Origin: an uncultured Candidatus Saccharibacteria bacterium
GTDB lineage: Bacteria > Patescibacteriota > Minisyncoccia > Phycocordibacterales > UBA9973
DNA length: 64,000 nt
Reading direction: 5' to 3'
Assembly: GCA_964404925.1 (NCBI GenBank)
Contig: CAYOLW010000005.1
Coordinates: 5,458-69,457 of the forward strand
Both the position numbers and the translations under genes were made by a program. This document shows positions 47,403-57,736 of this stretch, piece by piece. A model generated the notes under the pieces. It worked only from the letters and a program-made list of their open reading frames with translations. It was not told where the DNA came from and searched no databases. The number at the start of each line of letters is the position of its first letter. Within the stretch, counting starts at the first letter, position 1.

Positions 47403-48002
47403 TTAACGGCTATAAAACTCGAACACGGCATTTAGGTCTAAGAAACCGTCAGTCTGTTTCGGCTTACCAGTTACTTTACCTTCGAATTTATTAACATCAA
47501 AATTCACCCAAGATGGAAAATGGTATTCTTTCAATTTCTCTGCAGTATTGCTAAATATTTTCTTACTCTTAGATCCTTCTCGGACTACTACTGTGTCACC
47601 TACTTTCAATGCATAAGAAGGTACGGTTACTTTTTTACTGTGTACTATAAAATGACCATGAGAAACCATTTGTCTGGCTTCACGTCTAGATGCAGCAAGT
47701 CCCATGCGGTATACAACGTTATCAAGTCTTAGTTCTAGACTTTCAAAGAATTTCTCAACTGGAGATACTCCCTTAGTCTGAGAAGCTTTTTCTGCGTAAT
47801 TTGAAAGCTGCTTTTCAGTGATTCCATAAGAGAATCGAACCTTTTGCTTTTCAAGCAACTGAGTTCCGTATTCAGACAATGCCTTTGGGCGTTTACCCAT
47901 TTTTGGATTTCCTACTGAAGCAGAAAACTTCGGAGTCTGACATTTGTCATAAACTCCTGCGCCTAACCTTCTACCGATTTTATACTTTGGTTTCTTTATC
48001 AT
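47403..48002 (-). CDS. rpsD: 30S ribosomal protein S4
   Basis: SEYG.QL.EKQK, LELRLDNVVYR, ARQMVSHGH, EFYSR. Confidence 0.97.
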   Translation of the reverse strand: MIKKPKYKIGRRLGAGVYDKCQTPKFSASVGNPKMGKRPKALSEYGTQLLEKQKVRFSYGITEKQLSNYAEKASQTKGVSPVEKFFESLELRLDNVVYRMGLAASRREARQMVSHGHFIVHSKKVTVPSYALKVGDTVVVREGSKSKKIFSNTAEKLKEYHFPSWVNFDVNKFEGKVTGKPKQTDGFLDLNAVFEFYSR

Positions 48003-48016
48003 GGTTTTTCAAAAAA

Positions 48017-48454
48017 TTATACTCGTCTTGGTTTCTTTGGCTTTGGGCCGTTGTGTGGTACTGGGGTTACATCTTTGATAGTACCTAGTTCAATACCATG
48101 CGCCATAAAAGCACGCACAGCTGGTTCGCGACCAGAACCCACACCTTTAATAACAACATCAGCGTCTTTCACTCCAATAGCAGCAGCCTTATCTCCAATT
48201 ATATCTCCAACTTTAGAAGCAGCGAATGGTGTTCCTTTCTTAGCACCTCTGAATCCAAGGGAACCAGATGATGACCAGAAAAGAGTATTGCCTAGTTTAT
48301 CAGCAAAAGTAACTTTGGTGTTATTGAAAGTTGCTTCAACTGACAAAATACCTGAGATAACTTTTTTCTTGCCTGATTTTTTAAGAGGAGCAGCTGATTC
48401 TGTAGCAGCACCTTCAACCTTTGCTTCTTCTGTTGTAACTTTTGTCTTTGCCAT
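48017..48454 (-). CDS. rpsK: 30S ribosomal protein S11
   Basis: ATFNNT, KKGTPFAA, DVTPVPHNG. Confidence 0.97.
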   Translation of the reverse strand: MAKTKVTTEEAKVEGAATESAAPLKKSGKKKVISGILSVEATFNNTKVTFADKLGNTLFWSSSGSLGFRGAKKGTPFAASKVGDIIGDKAAAIGVKDADVVIKGVGSGREPAVRAFMAHGIELGTIKDVTPVPHNGPKPKKPRRV

Positions 48455-48460
48455 ATTATT

Positions 48461-48841
48461 TTATGTCTTGCTTTCTTTGCGGCGTCCTGAGGCCATAGTT
48501 TTACGAACATTACCTCTCACTGTTCGTGAGTTGGTCTTTGTACGTTGGCCGCGAACGGGTAATCGTCTCATGTGACGAACACCTCGATAACTTTTAATGT
48601 CCTTCAGTCGTTTTATATTATTAGAAACTTCACGCTTCAAATTTCCTTCAATTGTCAAACCTTCTACCAAAGCACGGATCTTGTTTTCCTCTTCTTCAGA
48701 TAGATCCTTTGATTTTTTACCTGCATCGATTCCAGCACTCTGTAGAATCTTATTTGCAGTAGAAAGGCCAATACCATAAATAGCAGTCAAACCGTATTCA
48801 AGACGCTTCTCATCTGGAATTGTAATACCAAGGATTCTCAT
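48461..48841 (-). CDS. rpsM: 30S ribosomal protein S13
   Basis: LTAIYGIG, YRGVRH..LPVRGQRTKTN. Confidence 0.97.
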   Translation of the reverse strand: MRILGITIPDEKRLEYGLTAIYGIGLSTANKILQSAGIDAGKKSKDLSEEEENKIRALVEGLTIEGNLKREVSNNIKRLKDIKSYRGVRHMRRLPVRGQRTKTNSRTVRGNVRKTMASGRRKESKT

Positions 48842-48844
48842 AAA

Positions 48845-48955
48845 TTATTGTTTCTGTTTATGCTTCGGGTTAGAGCAAATAACCAGCAGGTGTCTCTTGC
48901 GTTTCACCATTTTGCATTTAGCACAAATTTTTTTAACTGATGCTTTGATCTTCAT
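48845..48955 (-). CDS. rpmJ: 50S ribosomal protein L36, not in the ORF track
   Basis: [36 protein letters not shown]. Confidence 0.95.
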   Translation of the reverse strand: MKIKASVKKICAKCKMVKRKRHLLVICSNPKHKQKQ

Positions 48956-49080
48956 TGCACTTAACGTTTAATTACTAAAAAAAATCGAGATAAAACCAAA
49001 ATAAGGAAAATACCCTTATTTCTCAATCTAAAAATATCTTATCTAAATTTGATTGATATCATACACTATCTTTAATAAAA

Positions 49081-49302
49081 TTACAACCTCTTTATTATCC
49101 TACCTTTTCCACCGTACGGATCTAGTACCACTTCCACTCTGTCTCCGATTAAAACTTTAATTCGATTGACTCGCATTTTACCTCCGAGGTAGGCCAGAAT
49201 TTCCTTGCCACCTTCAAGCTCAACACGGAACAAAGTTGATGGTAATGCCTCTGTGACAAAACCTCTACCAGTCAATATTTTATCATCTTTTAAGTTGCTC
49301 AT
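49081..49302 (-). CDS. infA: Translation initiation factor IF-1
   Basis: VTEALP..FRVEL, GKMR...I.VLIGDRV. Confidence 0.95.
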   Translation of the reverse strand: MSNLKDDKILTGRGFVTEALPSTLFRVELEGGKEILAYLGGKMRVNRIKVLIGDRVEVVLDPYGGKGRIIKRL

Positions 49303-49353
49303 TTAGCCATTCGACTATAATATAATTATCTTGATAAGTCAAGATAATATTAA

Positions 49354-50706
49354 TTAATTTGGATAATTAACTATAATTTTAATTTGTTTTATCTTTTCCG
49401 GGATGGTTGTTCTCCATACTGGACGCAAAATAAGCTCTGCGCTTTCAATATTATCTGAGTTAGCTAAGATACTTTTGAAAGCTGCTTTTTGTTTTCCGAG
49501 TAAGTCACGCATGATCTTAGCCTGATTGACTTGATATACAATTTTACCGCTACCAGATAATTTAAAGTTAAAACCCTTAATATCTTTGGACAAAGAATCT
49601 GCGCTGCCGTAATTCAAAGATAAATTTTCAATACCTGGTATATCTATTTCAGACCCCTCTTCAAAATCTTTAATGGCTAATTTAGCAATTATTGGAATAA
49701 TATCTGATTTTTTAAATAAATAACCAAAGACAGATCCGGACACAGAAACCGGTGCTACTTTTTCAAACTGTGCTACGCTGTTATCCACACCTCCATCTAC
49801 AAAAACTAAAGAATCTTTAAACAAGACATATTCCGGGGGTGTTTGTTCCAATACTTTTTTGGTTAATTGGTCTTTCAGTTTATTTCGTAAATCTGACACT
49901 ACCTGCTTCTTGGCATCTTCTGCTACTATGTAGAATTTTCCGGACAAACCACCTGTTAAACTTTCCACACTGCGACCATAAAATTTATTATATTTAGTGG
50001 TGCCACGAAATCCAAGAATCTTAAAATCAAGAGGCTCACTGTTATAAGCTTCTCCAGGCTCAAAACCATAAACACCCACAGTGACTGACCCCGGTGTATC
50101 AGCTGACATACCCGGTACAATTATTTCTTTGTCTGTTTTATAAATCTTGCCATTTGATCCTTCAAGTCGTGTGTCTATTGATAGTTTTTGTGGAGATGTG
50201 CTGTATGTGTTGAATATGGTCACATTACCTCGTGCAGGTACAGACATCTGCTTTTGTTCGTTTGCCTCTAAATTAGTGGTTTCAACCCCATCCATAGATA
50301 CAATTTCAAACTGTATCTCCTTTTCTCCAGGTTTACTGCGTACCGCGGTAAACAATTCATCTAAATTAAACTCTTGTATTTTGGGTGTAATAATTACCTT
50401 TGCACTAGCGAAAAAAGATGACAAAGCAAAAAATAGTATACCAATAGAAACCAAAGCAAAAATCCATAAAGATTGCTTACTGCCGGTGCTAGAACTAGAA
50501 TTTTGTGGCAAATCTAATTCTTCTTTGGTATCTACCGTTCTAATAACTACCTTTTTTTTAATATTAAGTTTTGCTAATTTTTCTTCAATCCTTTCACTTT
50601 CTAATTTTTCAAAAGAATCTTTACGCGGCTTGGGTTCAGCCTTTGGTTTAGGACGAGCCTTTGTGGTATTTTTCGACACTATGTCAGACATTATTTTTTT
50701 AGCCAT
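49354..50706 (-). CDS. Single-TM protein with a baseplate-J-like extracellular domain
   Basis: TM at about aa 80-100; ARG.VTIFN..S..Q.L...TRL, VPG..PGSV.V, GE.YN, GG.SG. Confidence 0.65.
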   Translation of the reverse strand: MAKKIMSDIVSKNTTKARPKPKAEPKPRKDSFEKLESERIEEKLAKLNIKKKVVIRTVDTKEELDLPQNSSSSTGSKQSLWIFALVSIGILFFALSSFFASAKVIITPKIQEFNLDELFTAVRSKPGEKEIQFEIVSMDGVETTNLEANEQKQMSVPARGNVTIFNTYSTSPQKLSIDTRLEGSNGKIYKTDKEIIVPGMSADTPGSVTVGVYGFEPGEAYNSEPLDFKILGFRGTTKYNKFYGRSVESLTGGLSGKFYIVAEDAKKQVVSDLRNKLKDQLTKKVLEQTPPEYVLFKDSLVFVDGGVDNSVAQFEKVAPVSVSGSVFGYLFKKSDIIPIIAKLAIKDFEEGSEIDIPGIENLSLNYGSADSLSKDIKGFNFKLSGSGKIVYQVNQAKIMRDLLGKQKAAFKSILANSDNIESAELILRPVWRTTIPEKIKQIKIIVNYPN

Positions 50707-50714
50707 AAAAAATT

Positions 50715-51893
50715 CTATTTAAGAAATTCATTAATATAAATCGACTCGATAATTAAAAATGGGTCACGAATGGTTTTATCATCTAAAACTGCAATTCCAT
50801 GCAGTGATTCAGTACCCAAAAATAAAACTCTAAATTTTGATTCTGTTAAAGTGTATTGATTAAACTGTTCTGTTTTAATTGTGTGTGAAAAGAAATCTGA
50901 CAAATCTTGGTCCACTGTTATAAACACCGTTGCTGGAATAGATATGTCAGTAGTTATAATACTGATAGATTCTTGGAATTTTTTTAACCATTCTGTTTTT
51001 AGTGCCATCATAACAAGATCCATTTTGTGTAAAAGTTCATCAGACATGTGCCCTTCTTTGTATAGAGAAATAAAAGATCTCGCATCTTCAATTGAACAGG
51101 ACATGCCTTTAGAAACACCACGAATAATGTAGTTTCTCCCCATCGGGAAAGAAATGGCCTCGCGTAAAATATCCTTTTTAATCATGGATATATCTGTAAT
51201 TTCCCCACCAATATTAACCAAAAGAAAACTCTCTTTATTCACGAACATGTCACGCGCAACAACAAAAGATGACAGAATAAAAGTAATAAATTCAATCTTA
51301 GCCTCATGAAAATGCCGACTAATTGAACTTTCAATTTCTTTCAAGAAACCTGATTCAGCCATCGAGATAAACATTGTTAATTCTAGGTCTTCAGCTTTTT
51401 GTCCAAAAGGTTTAGTAGTGACGTAACCATTCAATACGGTGCTCATGGTCCGCATTTCTAGAGACTTTATTGAGTTTGAAGTTTGATTGTATTTTAAAGC
51501 ATGTTCGTCTTCAAAAAGTTTCAATTCTTTTTGAATTAAACTGTCGGCAAGTTTATCATTAAATATAAAAGGTGCATTTTTTTCAAGCACGACTGTACGG
51601 GTTTGAGATGCATACCATGGCGAAGATAATACACAGTAAATACTACTTGGACGGCCCAACCCCTGAAGGCACATCAGTCCAGCAACCTTTTTTACTGCCT
51701 GCATTGTGTCTTGTAAAAGTTTTTGTATATCAACAGTCTCTTCAATACGAATCTGTTCACGCACAGCATAAATTATTTTAGGTACACCAGAAGACTGACG
51801 CAAAAAAAGCGCTCCACCAACAGAAGAGGAACCAATATCGAACACAAGTGTTAACTCACCTGCATCTTTTTTATTTTTAGCAAAAAAACTCAC
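50715..51893 (-). CDS. FtsA/PilM-like actin-fold protein
   Basis: VFDIGSSSV and LLVNIGGEITDI actin phosphate loops. Confidence 0.7.
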   Translation of the reverse strand: MSFFAKNKKDAGELTLVFDIGSSSVGGALFLRQSSGVPKIIYAVREQIRIEETVDIQKLLQDTMQAVKKVAGLMCLQGLGRPSSIYCVLSSPWYASQTRTVVLEKNAPFIFNDKLADSLIQKELKLFEDEHALKYNQTSNSIKSLEMRTMSTVLNGYVTTKPFGQKAEDLELTMFISMAESGFLKEIESSISRHFHEAKIEFITFILSSFVVARDMFVNKESFLLVNIGGEITDISMIKKDILREAISFPMGRNYIIRGVSKGMSCSIEDARSFISLYKEGHMSDELLHKMDLVMMALKTEWLKKFQESISIITTDISIPATVFITVDQDLSDFFSHTIKTEQFNQYTLTESKFRVLFLGTESLHGIAVLDDKTIRDPFLIIESIYINEFLK

Positions 51894-51927
51894 GCGTTAA
51901 TTATAACACAAAGGTGAAAATCGAAAA

Positions 51928-53694
51928 CTATTGAATCACAGCTTTGATGCGACGAATGCCAGAAGCAACTGCTTCTTCTTTGAGAATTTTAAAAGATCCA
52001 GCTTTACCAATTTCTGCAGTGTTAGAAACATGCGGACCACCACAAAATTCTTTGGATATAGCATCAGCGATAGAACTACCTATGTAATACACACTAACCA
52101 TATCTGGATACTTCGCACCGAACTCCATTTGAGCTCCAATGGATTCTGCTTCTTCCCTCGGCATTTCAACTCGAGTCACAGACAATGCTGCTTTAATCTT
52201 CTCATTTACCATATCTTCTAGTTTTTTCTTTTCTTCATCTGTAATCTTGCGCTCAAAGGCAAAGTCTATTCTTAATCTTTCTTCAGTAATATTACTACCC
52301 CGCTGTTTTACTTCTTTGCCAAACATTTCCTGCAGTGCTGCAAGCAACAAATGGTGTGCAGTGTGGAGTCTAATAGTTTGGTCATTGTGATTCGCTAGTC
52401 CACCCTTAAACATACCAGCCGATGCTGTCTGAGAAAGCTTTTGGTGTTCAGCCATTTTCGCCCTGAAGTCTTCCATGTCTATCTCTACTCCCTTTTCTTT
52501 GGCTAGTTCTAGGGTCAGTTCTATCGGAAAACCATAGGTAGTGAACAAAATAAATGGGTCTTCACCTTTTTCAAATTCTTTTAGACCCTGTACTAATGTC
52601 TGATTAAATTTATTTAGTTCTTCTCTAAGAATTTCGTTATTACTTGGGTTGAAAATATTTTCGTAAGTAGATTGATACTTTTCTCCGTATATAAATGATA
52701 TTTCTATTAAATCAGAAGTGGTTAATCCAATTTTCTGAGCTCTGGTTGATGCACGCCTAAGCAAACGACGCAACACATAACCACGATCCTTGTTTGCTGG
52801 AATAACCCCATCAGAAACCATAAATAAAGCTGCTCTCAAATGATCTGCAATCACACGAGCACTTTGAATATCAAATTCTTTAGCCTTACTTTTTATACAT
52901 TTAAAAACATCTTCAAACAAATCCGTATCGTACGCAGTCATTTTGCCTTGCATTACTGCCGTCATACGCTCGAGTCCTGCACCGGTGTCCACGTTCTTTT
53001 GGCTTAATTTGCCGATGACTTTTGCATCCTTCTTTTCGTATTCCATAAACACGTCATTCCAGATTTCTATAACCCTTTCTTCTTTAGTTGCTTTAAGGAA
53101 TCCTTCTTTGTCTAAATCCCCTACATCCCCAGTCATGTCATAGAACATCTCTGAGCACGGACCACATGGACCGTTGTCCCCAGGACTCCACCAGTTATCA
53201 TCTGCAGGTAGCGCATAAATACGATTTTCAGGAATACCGAGACTCATCCAAATATCTTTGGACTCTTGGTCATAGGGTGCATTCTCATCACCCTCAAAAA
53301 TAGTTACGTAGAGGCGATTTACATCAAGTCCTAGGCCTTTATCTCCTTCTTCTTTGTCATCTCCATTTGTTAGAAATTCATAGCTCCAGGTTATAGCTTC
53401 TTTTTTAAAATAGTCCCCTAGTGACCAATTGCCAAGCATTTCAAAAAAAGAAAAGTGTCTATTGTCTCCTATGTCGTCGAGGTCTCCGGTACGAACGCAT
53501 TTCTGCACGTCAGCAATCCTTTTACCCATTGGGTGTGTCTGACCTAAAAGATATGGAACCAGTGGCTGCATGCCAGCCGTGTTGAAAAGCACAGATGGAT
53601 CATTCTCTGGTACGAGCGAAGCAGAAGGAATTATCGCATGTTCTCTTTTTTCAAAAAATTTTAAAAATCGTGTGCGTATTTCTTGCGAATTCAT
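51928..53694 (-). CDS. alaS: Alanine-tRNA ligase (short form without the C-Ala domain)
   Basis: LFNTAGMQP, FEMLGNWS, GPCGPCSE, DTGAGLER, HTAHH, EFCGGPH, GIRRI. Confidence 0.96.
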   Translation of the reverse strand: MNSQEIRTRFLKFFEKREHAIIPSASLVPENDPSVLFNTAGMQPLVPYLLGQTHPMGKRIADVQKCVRTGDLDDIGDNRHFSFFEMLGNWSLGDYFKKEAITWSYEFLTNGDDKEEGDKGLGLDVNRLYVTIFEGDENAPYDQESKDIWMSLGIPENRIYALPADDNWWSPGDNGPCGPCSEMFYDMTGDVGDLDKEGFLKATKEERVIEIWNDVFMEYEKKDAKVIGKLSQKNVDTGAGLERMTAVMQGKMTAYDTDLFEDVFKCIKSKAKEFDIQSARVIADHLRAALFMVSDGVIPANKDRGYVLRRLLRRASTRAQKIGLTTSDLIEISFIYGEKYQSTYENIFNPSNNEILREELNKFNQTLVQGLKEFEKGEDPFILFTTYGFPIELTLELAKEKGVEIDMEDFRAKMAEHQKLSQTASAGMFKGGLANHNDQTIRLHTAHHLLLAALQEMFGKEVKQRGSNITEERLRIDFAFERKITDEEKKKLEDMVNEKIKAALSVTRVEMPREEAESIGAQMEFGAKYPDMVSVYYIGSSIADAISKEFCGGPHVSNTAEIGKAGSFKILKEEAVASGIRRIKAVIQ

Positions 53695-53698
53695 ATTG

Positions 53699-54160
53699 TT
53701 ATTTTTTATTATTAATTTCTTCTTTTTTCTCAACCATAGAAATTACAGGGCGTTCCAGTATTGATATAACGATAAAAATCAGAAGAACAAAAATAGTCGT
53801 TAGAATAGCTAGATTAAAAAATCCAAAACCAACAGCCATACCTATTCCAGCAGTAACCCAAAAGCCTCCTGCGGTTGTAAGTCCTGTTAATCTATTACCT
53901 TGGAAAATTATTGACCCAGCACCCATGAATCCAATACCAACAATTATTTGTGAAGCCATGCGTGAGGCATCAAAACCACCAACATCAGCATATCGTATTG
54001 CCAGTGCTTCAGAGATAATGATAAAAAGCGCCGCGCCCATAGAAACCATGGCATGTGTTTTCATACCCGCTTCTTTATGACCCAAAAGCCGCTCAAAACC
54101 AATAACTAAACCCAGCAATACTGCTAAACCCAGCTTTGAAATTATTTCTATATTATCCAT
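53699..54160 (-). CDS. MgtC/SapB family membrane protein
   Basis: IGFER, AGMKTH, SRMASQIIVGIGFMGAG, GLTTA. Confidence 0.92.
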   Translation of the reverse strand: MDNIEIISKLGLAVLLGLVIGFERLLGHKEAGMKTHAMVSMGAALFIIISEALAIRYADVGGFDASRMASQIIVGIGFMGAGSIIFQGNRLTGLTTAGGFWVTAGIGMAVGFGFFNLAILTTIFVLLIFIVISILERPVISMVEKKEEINNKK

Positions 54161-54195
54161 AGAAATATTCTATACCACAGAAAGGAAAAAACCAA

Positions 54196-55335
54196 TTAAA
54201 AGACAACCCCACCACCTAACACAGTCTCCTGGTTATAAATCACGATAGATTGACCTGAAGCTACTAATACAGGCTCTTTGAATTCTATTAATACCTCAGC
54301 TTTGTATATATTTTTTATTACACATGGCAGGAATTCTCCATGATACCGAATTTGAGCTGTAAAATTAGCACCAGTATTTGGAGATTCAGTAATCCAGTTT
54401 GTCTTTATTAATTTAATCAAATTAGAATCTTTAGATTGATTATTTGTTTTTATATTTGAAGCTACGGTAATTGTATTTTTATTAATATCTTTTTTTACTA
54501 CATAGTACCTAGTGTCATTTGGTGACTTTTTAGTAATAGTAAAACCATGCCTCTCGCCCAAAGTGTAAAACAGTGCACCCTCATGGTGACCGATCAACTC
54601 GCCCGATTCATTTAGAACCTTGCCTTTTTTAACTTTAATATAATGTTTCAAAAAATCTTTCAAATCAATATCACCCAGAAAACAAATACCTTGGCTATCC
54701 TTTTTATCAGAAACTGGTAATTTGAATTTTTTTGCCAAAATGCGAACTTGTTTTTTTGTTAGTCCACCTACGGGAAAAATTATTTTAGATAACTGCTCTT
54801 GTGTAAGCTGCCAGAGAAAATATACCTGGTCTTTAGAAATATCTCTAGACTTTTTCATCAAAAATAGCTCTTCTCGAAACTCCTTAACCCCATTTCTCGC
54901 TTTCGCTCGAAACGGCACGCCCCCACCCGTCGTTTCTCCAAGACTATTTTTATAAACTTGTGCATAATGTCCCGTTGCTACAAAATCTGCTCCCATTTTA
55001 ATTGCTTTTTCTAAAAAGGCACCGAATTTTATATGGCTATTGCATAGTACGTCTGGATTTGGAGTACGGCCTGCTTTATATTCAGCAATCATATAGTCAG
55101 CTACATTTTTCTTGTATTCTTCGGATAAATCAATAGTCAGAAATGGTATACCCAAGTGTGCTGCCACACGAATAGCATCTCGCCTTTCTTCATCCTCGTT
55201 ACACTCAATAAATTCCGGATGCCATGTACGCAAGAAAACACCCACGACTTCAAAGCCCTGTTCAACCAGCAAAGCGGCCGAAACAGCTGAGTCCACACCG
55301 CCAGATAATCCTACAAATACAGTCTTTTTTGACAT
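54196..55335 (-). CDS. mnmA: tRNA 2-thiouridylase MnmA
   Basis: SGGVDS, TPNPDVLCN, ATGHYA, KDQ.YFL, DSQGICF, QIRY, GQS.V.Y. Confidence 0.96.
   Translation of the reverse strand: MSKKTVFVGLSGGVDSAVSAALLVEQGFEVVGVFLRTWHPEFIECNEDEERRDAIRVAAHLGIPFLTIDLSEEYKKNVADYMIAEYKAGRTPNPDVLCNSHIKFGAFLEKAIKMGADFVATGHYAQVYKNSLGETTGGGVPFRAKARNGVKEFREELFLMKKSRDISKDQVYFLWQLTQEQLSKIIFPVGGLTKKQVRILAKKFKLPVSDKKDSQGICFLGDIDLKDFLKHYIKVKKGKVLNESGELIGHHEGALFYTLGERHGFTITKKSPNDTRYYVVKKDINKNTITVASNIKTNNQSKDSNLIKLIKTNWITESPNTGANFTAQIRYHGEFLPCVIKNIYKAEVLIEFKEPVLVASGQSIVIYNQETVLGGGVVF
54860..54951. repeat. About 90-bp hairpin-forming element inside mnmA
   Basis: Terminal AAAAATAG/CTATTTTT; inner GAAAC/GTTTC and CCATTTC/GAAACGG stems; translated in frame. 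Confidence 0.65.
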
Positions 55336-55339
55336 TTCG

Positions 55340-56266
55340 TCATTTTAGATATTTTTTTATGTTTTGTCTATGCTCGTCGAAATTCTTGGCATAATGAGTG
55401 TTGCCTTCTTTGTCATGGATATAGTACAAATATTTTGACTCTTCTGGATTAATCGCTGCTAAAATTGCAGCAATACCGGGGTTGGATATTGGTTCTTTCG
55501 GTAGGCCCCTTTGCTCATAAGTTACAGGTGCAGCATCTACCTGAAGCGGCATGCCAATACTAATTCTTTTCCATAGTATCCCTGATATAATAGCCCGATC
55601 AGAATCGCCACTGGCTTCTTTCTCTAAGACAGAAGCCATAATCAATATTTCATTTATATCTTTTCCAGAATTTTTAATATCTTGCCAAATTTTTTCTGTT
55701 TTTTTATCAAAGTTTTTGGTTAGAATACTCAACACAATATCCTCATCATCGGTTGTTGAAAAGAAGTAAGTATCTGGAAACAATGTTCCATGTTTGTTAG
55801 ATGCAGCTGCTAAAAATCTATCTTTATTGAAATTCCTCAAACGTGAATCGCAAAGTTCTGCAATTTCTTCATTAGAAAAACCCTCTGGAATTGTTATTTT
55901 TACGGTACTTAGTTCTCGGTCACCTCCAGCAATCTTTTTAGCTAATTTAATAACATTAATTTTCTCTGGAAAAATATAATCACCTACCATTATATGCCGG
56001 TCTCCAGCGTAAAAAATCACAACAGTTTCTAGTGCCACCCTTGATTGTATATATCCAGCATTTTTTAGTTTGAGGGATATCTTACGCAGCCCATCCCCTG
56101 ATTCTACTGAGAAAATCTGGTTCATTGGGAAATTATTTGGCGCTCTAACTAGAAAAAAATAAGCAGAAAATATAACTATAATTAAAAACGTTATCAACAA
56201 AACCAAACGCCATTTGAAAGGCGCTTTGGCTTCTACGATTGGTTCTATAACTATATCGTTTTCCAT
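55340..56266 (-). CDS. mltG: Endolytic transglycosylase MltG
   Basis: ITIPEG, GTLFPDTY, MASVLEKE, GMPLQVD, GLP..PISNPG, YLYY. Confidence 0.93.
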   Translation of the reverse strand: MENDIVIEPIVEAKAPFKWRLVLLITFLIIVIFSAYFFLVRAPNNFPMNQIFSVESGDGLRKISLKLKNAGYIQSRVALETVVIFYAGDRHIMVGDYIFPEKINVIKLAKKIAGGDRELSTVKITIPEGFSNEEIAELCDSRLRNFNKDRFLAAASNKHGTLFPDTYFFSTTDDEDIVLSILTKNFDKKTEKIWQDIKNSGKDINEILIMASVLEKEASGDSDRAIISGILWKRISIGMPLQVDAAPVTYEQRGLPKEPISNPGIAAILAAINPEESKYLYYIHDKEGNTHYAKNFDEHRQNIKKYLK

Positions 56267-56269
56267 ATT

Positions 56270-57694
56270 TTAAGTAGGTAAATTTGTTGGAGGTGAAGCT
56301 TCTTTGCTTTCTACTCGCTCGAGAGTAGGAACCTTAAGTATTTGACCTGGGAAGTGCCACAATGTCGCCAGCTCTTCAACGTTTAATACATAAGTGTGCG
56401 AGTGCATATAGGCCGGGAAAAGCATTGGCGATATAGGCCAAGGAATATTATGTAGCAATTGGTTGCGAAGTGGATGGTGGAAGAAAGCTCTTTCTCGATA
56501 TTCAAGCAACATACGGTTTACTAAAATCATTGTCTTTTTTGGTGATAGCAAAAAGAAACTACTTAGGAAACTGCCACCAAAAGCATCAGCCTGCGTAGAA
56601 TTAGTACGCTCAAGACTATTAAGCTGAGGGTTAGCATATTGTCTAAAAATCAAACGTATATCACGACGATGGTTCATGGACCAATTTTCTTTTTTGGCTA
56701 CATAAAAAGCGCGGATACCAGTATCAAATGCAATTTTAGATATTTTTCTATTAATACCGTCTATTTGGTTTTTCATCGAATCCGGTGGACGACCAGATTT
56801 AAGTATTCTACCGTCAGGCAATACTTCTTTTTTAGTCCAAACCTCTGTCATCCTCTCTAGCTCGAGTTCTGCTTCCTTGACCCAATCGTGTCCAGTTTCT
56901 CCAGGCCAAATTGGCTCCATTGGGTGACCGTGCCCATGCTCTTCAAATTCAACCTTGGAAGGCCTAATAACGAACTGCAACCAATATTGCTCCCCAGTGC
57001 CTAAACTACTGAATAGTTCAATCACGGGTGAAAGAGGGTCTATCTTTTGCTCTTCTTTTGGATCTTTGTCTAATCCGTAATCAACATATGTTTTGATAGG
57101 ATAAGCGTGGTGTTTTGCTAATTTAAATTCACAACCCCAACCTCGCCAAGCGCTTTCAGGGGTTATCTCATCAACAGCTAAAGTATAATCCTCTGCAACT
57201 TTAATTTGCGCCTGAGGGTATTGAGCGTATATTTGTGTTTCGATTAAATCCTTAAGTCTGGTTGGTGTGCGAATATAGAAATGAACCTGCCCTTCGATGG
57301 ACACAATTTCAAGTGAATACCAAAACCACACAGCACCTTGCCAGAACCATTCAAGTCCACCCTTGTTACTAAAATGATATAAAGCGTTGGTAAAGAAAAG
57401 CTCCATAGCTCGAGGTGAACGCAAAACATCGCGCGGAGGAATTACTTCCAGTAATACATAATCGATGCCAGTTATAAAATCTTGCTGAATGTAGTGCATC
57501 CATAGCTTAAAGGCAACACGTAGTAATATATAAAAAGCTATAACCTGCAGCATTAACTCCTGATCAATAAAATACAAAACAACTACAAAAATAATCATCA
57601 GTATTACTGATTTGTTTTCACTAAAAAAATGCGCTAAGTCACCCAAAAAATCGGTTAGCGCATTTCCAGACTCATCATGACCTGCATCACTCAT
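56270..57694 (-). CDS. Conserved hypothetical membrane protein
   Basis: N-terminal TMs; LLEV.PP....SP.AME, SLEIVS..G.V.FY, IYAQYP, EELATLWHFP. Confidence 0.7.
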   Translation of the reverse strand: MSDAGHDESGNALTDFLGDLAHFFSENKSVILMIIFVVVLYFIDQELMLQVIAFYILLRVAFKLWMHYIQQDFITGIDYVLLEVIPPRDVLRSPRAMELFFTNALYHFSNKGGLEWFWQGAVWFWYSLEIVSIEGQVHFYIRTPTRLKDLIETQIYAQYPQAQIKVAEDYTLAVDEITPESAWRGWGCEFKLAKHHAYPIKTYVDYGLDKDPKEEQKIDPLSPVIELFSSLGTGEQYWLQFVIRPSKVEFEEHGHGHPMEPIWPGETGHDWVKEAELELERMTEVWTKKEVLPDGRILKSGRPPDSMKNQIDGINRKISKIAFDTGIRAFYVAKKENWSMNHRRDIRLIFRQYANPQLNSLERTNSTQADAFGGSFLSSFFLLSPKKTMILVNRMLLEYRERAFFHHPLRNQLLHNIPWPISPMLFPAYMHSHTYVLNVEELATLWHFPGQILKVPTLERVESKEASPPTNLPT

Positions 57695-57736
57695 GCAGGT
57701 ATTTTATTATAAAAAGAATTTAAAAGGAAGCGATAT

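Noticed and set aside
49354-50706. Prophage
   Set aside because: No capsid, terminase, tail or integrase genes nearby.
20589-56266. UGA recoding (genetic code 25 or 4)
   Set aside because: alr and mltG end at TGA at expected lengths and no core gene is broken by TGA.
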